A stretch of 64,000 nucleotides of DNA from Anthoceros angustus (taxonomy: Eukaryota; Plantae; Anthocerotophyta), in contig VJWM01000301.1 of NCBI GenBank assembly GCA_010909165.1, positions 49,334 to 113,333 of the forward strand, given 5' to 3'. The translations under genes were made by a program, and so were the position numbers. Position 1 is the first letter of the stretch. Each line of letters opens with the position of its first letter. This document shows, piece after piece, positions 12,396 through 23,222 of this stretch. The notes beneath the pieces were generated by a model. It saw only the letters and a program-made list of their open reading frames with translations, made no database searches and had not been told where the DNA came from.

Positions 12396-12960
12396 TAGAA
12401 AATTCTAGCATCACAACACCAAACCACTCGATACCGGTTGAAGGATCGTGGGCAGCCATCTTGGTGGAAAGAGGAGAGGAGAGGAGGCAAGTAGCTCTCT
12501 CACATTGAGATGAGGCTTGGAGGGTATTTATACCCTCCTAGGAAGCTCCAGAAGCTCCTAGGAAGGAGCACAAGAAGCTTCCTAGTGATTAGCTTAAGCT
12601 AAACTAATGATACTTAATCGACACCCAACTTAGACTAAGTGTATTAGTCTAAGTACATTGGGCTTAATACCCCTTACATGAGCGTGAGGCTGTATGTGGA
12701 GGAGGAGCACACGGTGGCTCAAATGATGAAGAGCGGAATAATGTGCAGGGCCTATAGACGCACGACGCCTATGGAAGACGCCAAGAAACCGCAGCAAGTG
12801 ATGAGGTGGAGGTTTTGGGGAGAATCGCTCGATCGAGGCGGGCAGGAGAGCGAGAGCGACGGAACCCCACCGCCGTAGGCTAGGCAAAGAATCATGACGG
12901 CTCACCGATTTTAGGGGAGCGCCACATCATAGGCCGAGGTTTCTTGGGTTAGGGATAGGA

Positions 12961-14005
12961 TGTTTTGAGGCCGCGGGTCAGAGTTACCTCGAATTGGTAG
13001 GAGCGCTGTGGTAGTGGGCCATATTTTCAGACATCGGAGTGAGTCGGGAGATCCAACCGAATGTATAAGAGACCCTGAGAGTCTCAATGCATAATCATGT
13101 GTGAACTCCGTGTTGAAGCGCGCCAGGTTGGTTAGGAGACGCCCCGATCAAGATCAAACTCGCTCGATGCACCGCTCGCACAAGAAGGCCGGAAGATCCT
13201 CGGATGGTCGAGAGCGAGTGGCCAAGCTCCACGCCTGGAGGGACGGAAGGCAAATCGACGACGCCGGGCGGGAGGTAGGGGTTGCCGCGAAGGCTGAGGC
13301 GGAATCCGGAAGGCGAATCGCCACCCGACTTGTTTTCCGATCTTCTTCCCAAATCCGCTGCCACCAGCGTGTTTCATTCCAAGAGGGGGTCTGTGGTGGC
13401 CCAAGGGGTCTGTGTGGCCCAAGAGGGGGTCTGTGTGGCCCAAGGTGGGGTCTGTGTGACCTGTGAGGAGAGGGAGAGAAGATTTATTTAGGAAGGGGAA
13501 GGTCCCCGAAAGGGTGGGTGAGTGCGCGCTGTAAGGGATTGTGTGTGCGTGTGGGAAAATCGGGAAATGGTTAGGGGAGAGTGGAAGTGAGTGGTGGAAT
13601 CGCGGGGAACTGGCGACGGAGTGAGGCGCCGCGGCACTCGAGGTCGTGGTGCATAGCTCCCGGGAAGGATCCGAACGCGGAAATTCCGGGAAGCGAAGTG
13701 AGGGGGCATGTAGGCGTGTGTATGCCCATAACCCCAAGGTCGCGCCGAGAAGTCATGACAAATAGTCACCATGCGCTAAGGCGCGGTGGGACCCGCCAAG
13801 AACCACCACGCGGTGGCCGAGTCTCCACGGGCGGGTTTGGGTATGGTAGCCGGGAGAGGAGGGGTAGTGAATGACGGGTAAGTCTAGAATCCATAGTTTT
13901 AGAACATCTTGACACAAAACCATTCCCTTGGGATCAATCCGGACTACAAATTACATAGAGGGTAAATGTGGCCTCATGCCTTCGGATGCAAAAACCCATT
14001 CCACA
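12961..14005 (+). repeat. Family G LTR shared between G0 and G1
   Basis: Starts TGTTTTGAGG after purine run AGGGATAGGA (start inferred). Ends CCCATTCCACA, followed by a PBS. The paralog at 40100-41132 (minus) has the same ends. Confidence 0.7.
13381..13458. repeat. ~21-bp tandem repeat x4 within the G LTR
   Basis: GGGGTCTGTGTGGCCCAAG units; only about 2 units in the paralogous LTR near 40645-40685. Confidence 0.8.
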
Positions 14006-14008
14006 TTT

Positions 14009-14023
14009 TGGCGCTTGCCGGGA
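14009..14023 (+). promoter_or_regulatory. Primer-binding site, tRNA-Asp type (degenerate)
   Basis: TGGCGCTTGCCGGGA versus the intact TGGCGCCGTTGCCGGGGA at 57134; directly follows the LTR end. Confidence 0.75.
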
Positions 14024-14149
14024 ATGAAACTGCGCTGGTTATAGGAAGACTAACCATAGCTTAGGTGTCCGGGAGGAAGAAGGCTAAGAAGGAGAGGAAG
14101 AAGCCCAGACCTGGGAAAAGAGAAGGATCCTCATCCTCCCTAAGAAAGT

Positions 14150-17100
14150 TCATCAGTGAAGAGAGCTCCACGTAAGATTCCACAAAGTTCCTGAGGAGGA
14201 AACGAGTGATCGAGGAAGCGCCATCGATGAGGAGCGCGCCAAATGGAAAAAAAATGAAGGGTCGCACGGACAACAAGGAGTCGGGTAAGGGCAAAACAAG
14301 AGGCGATGTACGAAAAAGGACGCGAACAAGCAAGGAGGAGGCCGAGGTGCAAGAAAGTGGAACAACAGGGAAACAAGATGGAGGAGATAATGGCAAAATT
14401 CGAGAAATTCCATCTTAACGCGGTAAAGGAGCACGAGAGAAGGAGAGCTGTCACGAATCCACGGGCTAACCTCTTCTGTTCAACGTGCGGGCAGCAGGGT
14501 CATTCCAAGGCTAACTGCCCGACAACAAGAGTGCATCTGCTCGGATATGAGGAGGAAGAGGAAGATACTCCTGTGGAGGATACATACCAAATTCGTGAAG
14601 TACGTATAAATCGTGTACCAAGACTATGTATCCTCCAACTTACGAAATTCGCCGTAGGCGTTCAGAATCAACAAGGGTAATAATAATGGGCACCGCCTCT
14701 TACAACCGCCGCAACCTTGACACTATGCATAAATGCCTTTATCCAACTCGTGGCAATGGAGATTTCGATAACCGTGTCAAGATTGCGTAGGGCATTTGGC
14801 CGAAGCGCATCGCCAAAACAGAAAACTGAGATCGCGCAGCCACCGGACGGGGTTCACCGGCCGAGCCAAGGTTCCGTCCGCCATGCATGTTGAAGACGCT
14901 GATGGTCAGAGGACGCCGAGATTAAGACCCTAAGGAGCTTAGAGGGTTTAGATGCCACGGATAGTGATTATTATGGGGAGGTATCTGCCATGGTCGTCAG
15001 AACGCGAAGCTCGAAAGCTAAGGAGAAGAGGCGTGGGGGAAGGAAAAGAAGAAAGGAGGTGGATACACCTGGCTGTGGTCGAGGAGGGAGCGCCGCCGGC
15101 CAAGCGAGGGAATGACAAAATTTGCAGAACCGGCGTTCAGAGGTGGAACGGACCCAAGCGCAACCGGCACTTTGGCGGACGAACCAATGGGGCAGGAGGA
15201 AGGTACTGCGACAGAGTGTTCCAGTGGACGAGGGTGCAAATTCAAAGCAGGGAAAGGAATTGCGAATGGACATAATTGAAGACACTTTACAAGCTACCCC
15301 AGGAATTGCTGAGCAGGAAAAAAATGGGTTAGGATTTCCACCAGACGTACGGGAAGAGGTTATGGATATGATCCAGGAGGAACTGGGCGAGAAGGCCAAG
15401 GTGGTCGAGGCGCCGGTTTCCAATGCTACCCCACCAGAGTCCGCCACCCCACCTGAGGAAGCCACCGTACCTCGAAGCCTAACGGAGTTGGAATCTACAA
15501 CCAACGTAAACTCTGGCGGAGGAAAAACGAAGGTGTTTCCTTTAACTTGGCAGAGGCCATCATGGATCAGATTTTATGATCACATTCGACAACTCCTTCG
15601 AGACAACCCACCAGATAGGCAAAGCAGATCGAGGGCATTGAAGGAAGCCCACCCAAGAAAAGCAACGCCTTCCTAAACCGGACCAAGACTTGTCACAACC
15701 TAGTATCCATGGTTGACCAAGGGCCATGAACCTGTAGAGATCGCGGATGCATCATAAAAGGGTACCTCTCGATACCGTGTGAATATCATGACGAGGAAAC
15801 GCTAAAATTGGGGTTGGAAATTGAGCATACAGCAAGGTTTTGCGCTTGGCGATATGTCCGTAATGGTGCCGAGGGAGAGAACTCACAGTGTTAACGATCT
15901 GGAACCATTCCCTATCTAATGGATTATGTAGTCATCCAAAGACAAGTCGCCGGTATAGCGCTTAATTGGTCGAACATGGATGTACGGATCTCAATGCACG
16001 CCAAATGGGGAAGAAAGGAAGTCGATTCAAACCATCGGAATGGGATCCTAAGACCAAGGAAGGTAGGATTTGCCTAACTCGGAGTAAGGACTGAGACCCC
16101 AATCAAACGGAAGGATACACCTCCGCTGAAGACACGTCGGGGGAAACAGAACAAGAAGACAAATTTCCTTTCGCGCACATCTCATGGTCTGACGAGGAAC
16201 AGGATTATCGCAGAGACATTCCGCACGCGATCAATCTGGTGGGCTGTTACGGGGTAACCATGGACTGCACTGGAACTTCGATGAAGGAGGGAACAGGCGA
16301 AGGGCAACCGGATAAGGAGGAAGAAACAGGAGTTACGCGTTTCACCTCGGAGGATCTGTTTAGAGAGTGGGGCATGCGAGAAGAGGAACCGCGGGAGCCA
16401 GAAGAAGGGTTTGGCATCAGCACCGCACCAGTGGAGCGTGAGTGGGTACAGGCAGATGAAGTTAAGGATGTTGAGGTTCTCCCAGGGAAAGTACTCAAAT
16501 TCTCAAGAACAATGGATGCCGTGTTGGGAAAGGCAAGCAAGCAGCTGCGTAATTCATCGATGTCGCCTCAAGTAACCGACATGAAGGGTATTCCCAAGGA
16601 GTGGGTGAATATAGGATTGACTGACCGTGAGCAATCCCAAGAAGGATTCCGCAAGACAAGTTAAATCCAAGTACCCTCAAGGTCGGAGCTGTGATCTCAA
16701 GGCTGGATGTGATCTATCCTATAGTCAATCACCGAATAAGGGTGGCTCAATCGTGGTAGTATTCATTCTTAGATGGGTACTTATAACCACCGCACCTTAG
16801 GGAAAGTGATTGGCCGACCGCTTACAACGGACCGGGGACATATGCCTGCGCACAGACGGCTTGACCGAGCTCTTTCATGCGAACCATTGTCAAGATCTTC
16901 AAGGACTTCTAGGGACTTTATGGAAGTTTTCTTGACGACTTCAGGGGCTAAGGACCATTTGTCGCACCTCCTGAACGGTGTCGAACCACGCAATTATGCC
17001 TCGCATCCGTAAAAGTGCTACTTTGGCATGTCAAGGGATTCTGGGCATCGGACGCAAGAGGCATCGAGGTCGATCCGGACAAGGTCATAGCCACTTAGGG

Positions 17101-18910
17101 CACCTTCAACGCTAAAAGAACTCCGTGGGTTCCCCGGAATGGTCTATTCAGACGCTTCTCCCAAATTTCGCCAAGCGGGCTGCCCCACTAACGAGCTTGT
17201 TGAGGAAGGACCAAGAGTGGGAATGGACGATGGAACGGAGAACGCATTCCGTGATCACGACATCGCCGCCACGCTTAAGAGGCCCGATCGAGTAAGAAAT
17301 TCCATGTTTTCGCTGATGTTTCAAAGATTTGCAATTGATCGGTCCTTAGCCAGCCGGATGAGAAGAAGAAGGATTTCCGATCTACTATGCCGCAGACAAC
17401 TAACGGACGCGAACGAAAGTATACCACCACGGAGCGCCAATCTGGAATGATTTACGTCGAAATTCGACACTACCTCCTCTCATATGAATTTGTGTTTCAC
17501 GCTGATCACTTTGCCTTGAAACACCTTGTGAATAAACCCGACCTTCGGACGGATAGCTCTGGATCCTACCGCCTGTGGAGTTTTCTTCAAGAGAAACGAG
17601 AGAGGGAAGCATGTCAACGCCGACTTCATATCCCGCTTGAAACAGGAACGGTGGAACGAAACCAGAAGATGATTTCCGATGAGACATTGTTTTCGAAGGT
17701 CGCAAACAAAGCGAAGACCAAGGAAATAAGGGTGGAGGGCCGATCGATTGAAGGAGGAGAGGTTCCACAAGACCAACATATCAGGAGATTTATGATTATC
17801 TCGGCACGGGTCAAATCCCTTCACATCTTCCCAAAGCACAAAAACAGGCGCTCGTCCACTACTCAAGACCACTTATACGGCACAGTACGAACTTATACCG
17901 AGTAGGTCCCGATGGCAGGGAGCGGTTATGGGTACGCGCCAAGCAGGCAAGCAGAGTACTGAGCTCATTACACGAGGGGGAAGCGGGGGGCCATTATGCC
18001 GCGCATGTCACTTGCAGGAAAATTCTGGAGGCTGGCTATTGGTGGCCTACCATGTACAAGGATGCCAAGGAATTCAAGCGCCCGGACGCCACAAAGAGTC
18101 GCAAGCCAACCGCCACAACCCAATGGCCCCTTGTTCCCATACTTGCACTCGCACCATTCGAGAAATGGGGGATCGATTTTGTCGGGCCCATCCAGCCCAA
18201 AACAAAGACCCGCCAAAACCAAGACATCCGTAGCCACAGACATCAGACACGGATGGTGGAGGCGCAAACCGGGTGGATTCGCGAATGGTATGTGTTCTGC
18301 TTGAGCAAATCATCACTAGATATGGCTGCCCATTGAGCTGGTCGCTGATAGAGGTACGATTTCAATCAATCGTAATCTAATATGACCAAATCACTTCAAT
18401 GTTGATCACAGTGAAGACCACTCCTACAACCCAAAGGCCAATGACAAAAGGCAAACGGCTTGTTGTGCAAGATCACCAAGCTCACCGCCGCTATGCATGA
18501 TCGATATGAAACGCATTCGCACTTTGGGCATACCGAATCATGGAAAAGGTGACAACGCAGACTCAGACACTTACATATGGACACCACCCGTCATGCCAAT
18601 AGAGTTCAAGTACCCACCCTCGAGTAGAAACAAGTCGAATGCCGTGGAGGAAAGCCAATTGGAGAGGTTATTGGATTCAGAAGACACACGAGGACAGAGA
18701 TGAAGCATAAGGATGATAATCAAGCGCCAAGAGTATGTTGTTCCCGGGACCGCTCTATTGTATGATAACCGATACATGCATTTTCCGTAAGTTACATTTA
18801 AGGTGGATGGGACCCTACAAAGTTTTGGAGGTTTTCGACAACGGATCTATCCACAGTTGAATGGATCCCGCCAACTAGAGTCAACGGTTGTTAAAAGTAT
18901 TATTAATAAG
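14150..18910 (+). pseudogene. G1 gag-pol (frameshifted)
   Basis: Zinc knuckle CSTCGQQGHSKANC (14306-14680 ORF); protease-like VPLDT..VNIM (~15760); RT DFMEVFLDDF (~16915); integrase FEKWGIDFVGPIQP (18052-18336 ORF); KLHLRWMGPY (~18790). Confidence 0.85.
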
Positions 18911-19195
18911 TTGGCGAGGACGCCAACAAATGAGAAGGGGAGTATGGAAGACCACATATACACTAACCCTCTCAAGTGTCGGATGAACGATTTTTTGTTT
19001 TGGGAGTGTTTGTATAGCAAAGTGCTTTGAGAATCGCCTGGGTAAGGTCTTTTATACGAGAATGGTCCTTGGCCCTTGGGATAATAATTTTCTTTTTTTT
19101 TGAACCTTAGGTTTTTCAACCTGATAGGTAGGTTTGAGATAGAGTCCTTGGGTTTTGGGTGATTTTAGAAATAAGAAAGTGTCTATATATGTTAG

Positions 19196-21052
19196 GTGCC
19201 TACATCCGCCATGCCAAGCTGGGAGGTAGCCGCCCACCACGGTCAAGAACGGACGCATGCACTGTGGGAGTTTACAACCCTAGTGGCGAGCTGCTACGAG
19301 CGCAATCGAGAGACGACACACCCAAGACCGCGAGGTCGCGAATTTCCGTGCCGGCGCCGAGCGGAGCAGGGGCGCATGCAACGCGCGCCGGCCGAGTCTC
19401 GCTCAGCAGTGGACGACGCCACCGTGCAGGCGGGCGGAAAGGAAACCAGGCAAGTAGCGAAGGAGGAAAAGAGGCGCCGAGGCAAGAGCGCCAGAAAGGG
19501 AGTGGAGGAGACGCGCGAGGGTGGTGTCCCTTTTCACCCGCAGGAGGGTCGTTCTTTCCAAGAAACAAGGAGAAAGGGAGATGGCGCCCGAGCCGCGCCA
19601 AATTACATGCAAAGGCCCAACATGGACTGGAAGGTGAGAGCGGCGTGCAGAGCTGGTCCGGAATTTATGGAGAAGAAATGGTGTTACCCCAAAGATTGGT
19701 GCAAGAGTGCGCAATTGAGAACCAAGTTGCAAGAGGGAGACGCGAGGAAGAGGCCGCAAACTGGGATTTGGGACTCTTTCGAGCAAAGAAGGGCGAAGCG
19801 AGGATGGAAGCTTGGTAATTGACCCCAGAGAAAGAAGACCTCGAGAGCCGCAAGGCCATGAAGCCTGGAGAAGTGAGAGTGAACAATGGATGGGTGACTC
19901 GCCAACTCGTGTCTGCAAATGTGGGATTAGCCAAGTGGATTTTGTGTTTCGTAACCTAAGTTGATCATATGGCGCACTCACTCGGTCTTCATGAGGTGGT
20001 TAAAGGTACAAAGATTGGGGCGGATGATCTTTGAAAGAGCCTGTGAGGAGAAATTGCTCCCCTTCCCTCGGCCCTCCTTGATTTCACCTTTTCTAATTCA
20101 TGTGTTCGCGATTCCGTGTCTAACGAGTTGAAGTCGGTCTCCTTCATAGCCGGAAACCGGCCAGGAACTCAAGGTAGAGGAGGAGGAGGTAAGGAGATTC
20201 CGGAAGGATTCCAGAGCTTGGGAATGCGCTCCCCTAGAAGATCGGATGAAGGTGGGGAGGTTTCCAAGGGCAAGAAGCGGCTACCCGAACGGGGTCACAA
20301 GAAGGGAAGGACAACAGAAGAAGAGGAACCCACACACACCTAGGGTCACCAGTCGAATCAGCAGGAACGCGAGTGAAGGAGGAGAAAATAAAAGGGAACG
20401 ACAAGTTGTGCCCTCTGTGCAGGGAGGAGTCGCCGCTAGGAGAGATTGGAGCGGATGAGGAAGTAGTGGCAAACCAACCCCTAGAAGAAGAGGGGTTAGT
20501 TTCGATAGCCAAGTCCGCGACGAGCTCCTAACATTTTTGGCGACATTTCACCGACGTCCTACAAGTGGAGATAGTGACACCGTCAAGTAGAATTGTTGTG
20601 GAGGGAATGGGCACGGGCAGCCCAATTGAATCAGCCCCGACCCATGGCTCGACGCAGCGGATCTCCTCGACTCAGCCCATGGCTCTCACCCGAGGCCAAC
20701 AGAAAAGTTGCTCAAGGAGAAGTTGGAGAGCCCGAAGGCGAGAACAAGGTGGCAGAGGAGCGCAGAGCGAGGCGGCCCTATGCAAGGCATGTGAGCGCAA
20801 GGGCCATGTCCACCCAACAGAGGCCTTAGTGAATCAGTCAAGGAGGCGATGCCACAATTGAGGAGTTTCAAGATGAGGTCTCATGAGCCTGTGAACAATG
20901 GAAACAATGGCGCCCGAGAAATTCAAGAAGTCATGAGATACAAGAGAGAGATGAAGCTGGGGCCGAGTCAAGAAAGAGGTGGCCAAACCGAAGAAGGCGA
21001 GCTACGGAACCGCTAGTCAAGCCACCTGCAGGGAAACCACCACGGTGGCTAA
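19196..21052 (+). pseudogene. G1 extra (env-like) ORF downstream of integrase
   Basis: ORF 19196-19822 continues by homology into the 6046-7273 paralog; same strand as pol. Confidence 0.6.
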
Positions 21053-21629
21053 TCTCAACATCAATTTCATGAGCGTTAAGATCAAAATCCTCCTGTTGCG
21101 AGGATGATCTAATGTGTTGTTGTCTCTTCTTTGAAGCCACGATCTTCTCCCTATACTTTGTCCGCTAAGATTAAATCCATGGAAGGCGTATCGAGAGATT
21201 GATACACAACAAGTGCATCCTTAAAGTATTAATGATCACCGGTTGTTTGCTTGCTCAAACAAAAAATTGTTGCATGATCTCGATAAGAGGTAAAATAGCG
21301 ACATTGGGGATGAGAGTGCCATGAGCATAAGCAAGCAAGAGTGGTCAAGCACGAGGAGGCGGTGTGCTCACGATACCATGATGAAAATCACACTAACTCC
21401 AAGCAAAGATGTTAAGCATATACAATTGATTTAATAGAGCAAAGCCTATTTATAGGAGGTGGTTAGTGGTTACAACCATAAGTAGTTGTAACCGCCAGTA
21501 GTTGTAACTACTATAACTACTAACTACCTAGATCAACTAACTAGTAACTACTTAATGCCCTAGGCATATAATAATGTTTAAGTTAGGGTGCCCTAATGAA
21601 TAGTGCCCTAACCCTAATATATTTTATCA
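21053..21629 (-). mobile_element. Truncated copia E: 5' LTR (21379-21629), iMet PBS (21366-21378) and ~310 bp of leader
   Basis: On the minus strand the LTR reads TGATAAAAT...ATTTTCATCA, followed directly by TGGTATCGTGAGC. An inverted LTR copy lies at 54964-55240. Confidence 0.8.
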
Positions 21630-23160
21630 TCTTTCCCTGTAGTCTACCCTCAAGCCGAAAGTTCCCTGGGCATTGCCACACACCCAAAGTAGAGCAATTT
21701 TACAGCAACCATTCACAAGGGAGCAACTGCTGAGGCGCTGGAGTAAGCCCTCCACCAAGCATCCGACCACCGCGACTTCCTCTACGCTGACGCGCGTTGG
21801 CTCCGCAGTAGCACAAAATTCCTTTACAAGGGCAAAGGACTCGCGAGTATGGAAGCGCAAGACGTGATACTTTACTTTGTGAAATCCTCCTCCTCTTATA
21901 GGAGGCCTTCTACATACAACCTCCCTTGGGTGATCCTACTGCAGGTCACCTTTTGCAATATTTTATTATTTCCTACCGCCAGCATTCAAGACCTGGCATC
22001 TAAGTCTATTGTCTGATCCTAGGTAAATTCTATTCTAGCAACTTCACCTAAGATCATTCTTAAAGAATGTCAGGCTACATCATCTATCCTCCCTATTCTG
22101 CCACACATCATTTATGGTCTTTGACCATACCTAGTCCTCATCGCCGGGTGGTGACGCTCCTGCAGATTGCCCCTTGCCCTTTTGCTCCTCTCCCCTCCCC
22201 ATCCTGCCTTCTTCCTAGCTTGGGCAGGCCATTCTTCGCCTTCCTCGCTGGGCGGCGCCCTGTTCCTCCCATCCGGCAATCGCGCTCCTCCTGGCTACCA
22301 GGCCCTTGCTTCCATCTCCACATGGCCTTCATAAGCACCCTCCGCGGTAGGCTGCGATCATCGTAGGCTGACTACCTACCATGGTAGTCTGATCCCTATC
22401 TCCCTTTTCTCTTCCCTCTTCATTGGTGACGGCTTCTGGAGTTGAAATCCTCTTTGCTCCTTTCCTGCTGTTTGGTTTGTCCATACCTATCATGGAGCAT
22501 GTCTTCAAAGGATCTTTCCCCCATTTGTTGGCCGATGATGTCCGCCTCGCTAATTCCTCCGGGCCTTCTTTGCATTGGTCTCCTCTCCTGGCCCCGGTTC
22601 CTCTCTTATCCGTGGGGTGAGGGAATTTCTCACCCCTCCCCCTTCCTCGACGGGTCGGACCCCGTCCTCGACCTCCTCCAGTGGGGCTGCTCCCTCCACC
22701 GCCTTGTCTCCTCCAGGGCATGCCGACCCCGGCCCTTACGTCAATCTGCTCCCATCGTCCCACGCCCACTGCTCTACCGCTGTAGTCCGGGCATCACTAC
22801 CGCGTGGACTACACGGCTCATGCACTGGTCAGGAAGGCTGCCACCACCGTGGTAGGGTGACCCCCTGTGAGGGCGGGCTGTCCCCCCTCCTTGCTCTCCG
22901 CGCCATCTTCCCTCCTTGGCGCCGCGGTCTCTCCTCCGTCCTCCGATTCTCCAGACTCCTCGGAGTCCATGTCACTTGTGGCCTCATCGAAGTCCGAGGC
23001 CTCCGGCTGCACTTGCTGCAGCTCCTTCCTGTCATCATCATGAGGACCCAATGTCCTCCTCTTGGCCAAACGCAACACCTCGTTGTTGGCCTTCAAGGTC
23101 CTGTTGTGGAGATGGGCCCCCAAGCTGTGATATTGCATCGGGAGGTCATCGAGCTCCGTG
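21630..23160 (-). mobile_element. Athila-like family H, copy H0: end of extra ORF, 3' UTR and first part of LTR
   Basis: Same orientation as 30700-32135 and inverted relative to 25170-26595. LTR part 21630-21918 follows PPT-like A.GGGAGGT. Confidence 0.8.
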
Positions 23161-23222
23161 GGTGTGGTGGAGAAAACCCCGGGGCTTCCGACGCTTTCCC
23201 CCTTTAGCGGCCACACTTATCC

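Larger units (their letters stand above)
7585..12678 (-). mobile_element. Full-length Ty1/copia element B (Tork/Tnt1-like)
   Basis: LTRs 7585-7841 and 12439-12678. TSD TGAGC at 7580-7584 and 12679-12683. PPT AAGTGGGAGGT at 7852-7842. Degenerate iMet PBS GGTATCGAG at 12435-12427. Domain order gag-PR-IN-RT-RH on the minus strand. Confidence 0.92.
6027..14005 (+). mobile_element. Athila-like gypsy family G, copy G0: 3' internal region plus LTR, interrupted by copia B
   Basis: 6027-7260 is homologous to 19910-21052. 7260-7584 joined to 12684-14005 is homologous to the reverse complement of 53431-52902 plus 41215-40100. Confidence 0.8.
14006..21052 (+). mobile_element. Athila-like gypsy G1 internal region (gag-pol plus extra ORF), broken at 21052
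   Basis: PBS, then gypsy order PR-RT-RH-IN, then the extra ORF. Homology to G0 stops at 21052. Confidence 0.88.

Noticed and set aside
11582-12508. Six overlapping 180-300-aa Ala/Arg/Pro-rich ORFs
   Set aside because: Stop codons cannot occur in a nearly A/T-free tract, so these are not evidence of genes.
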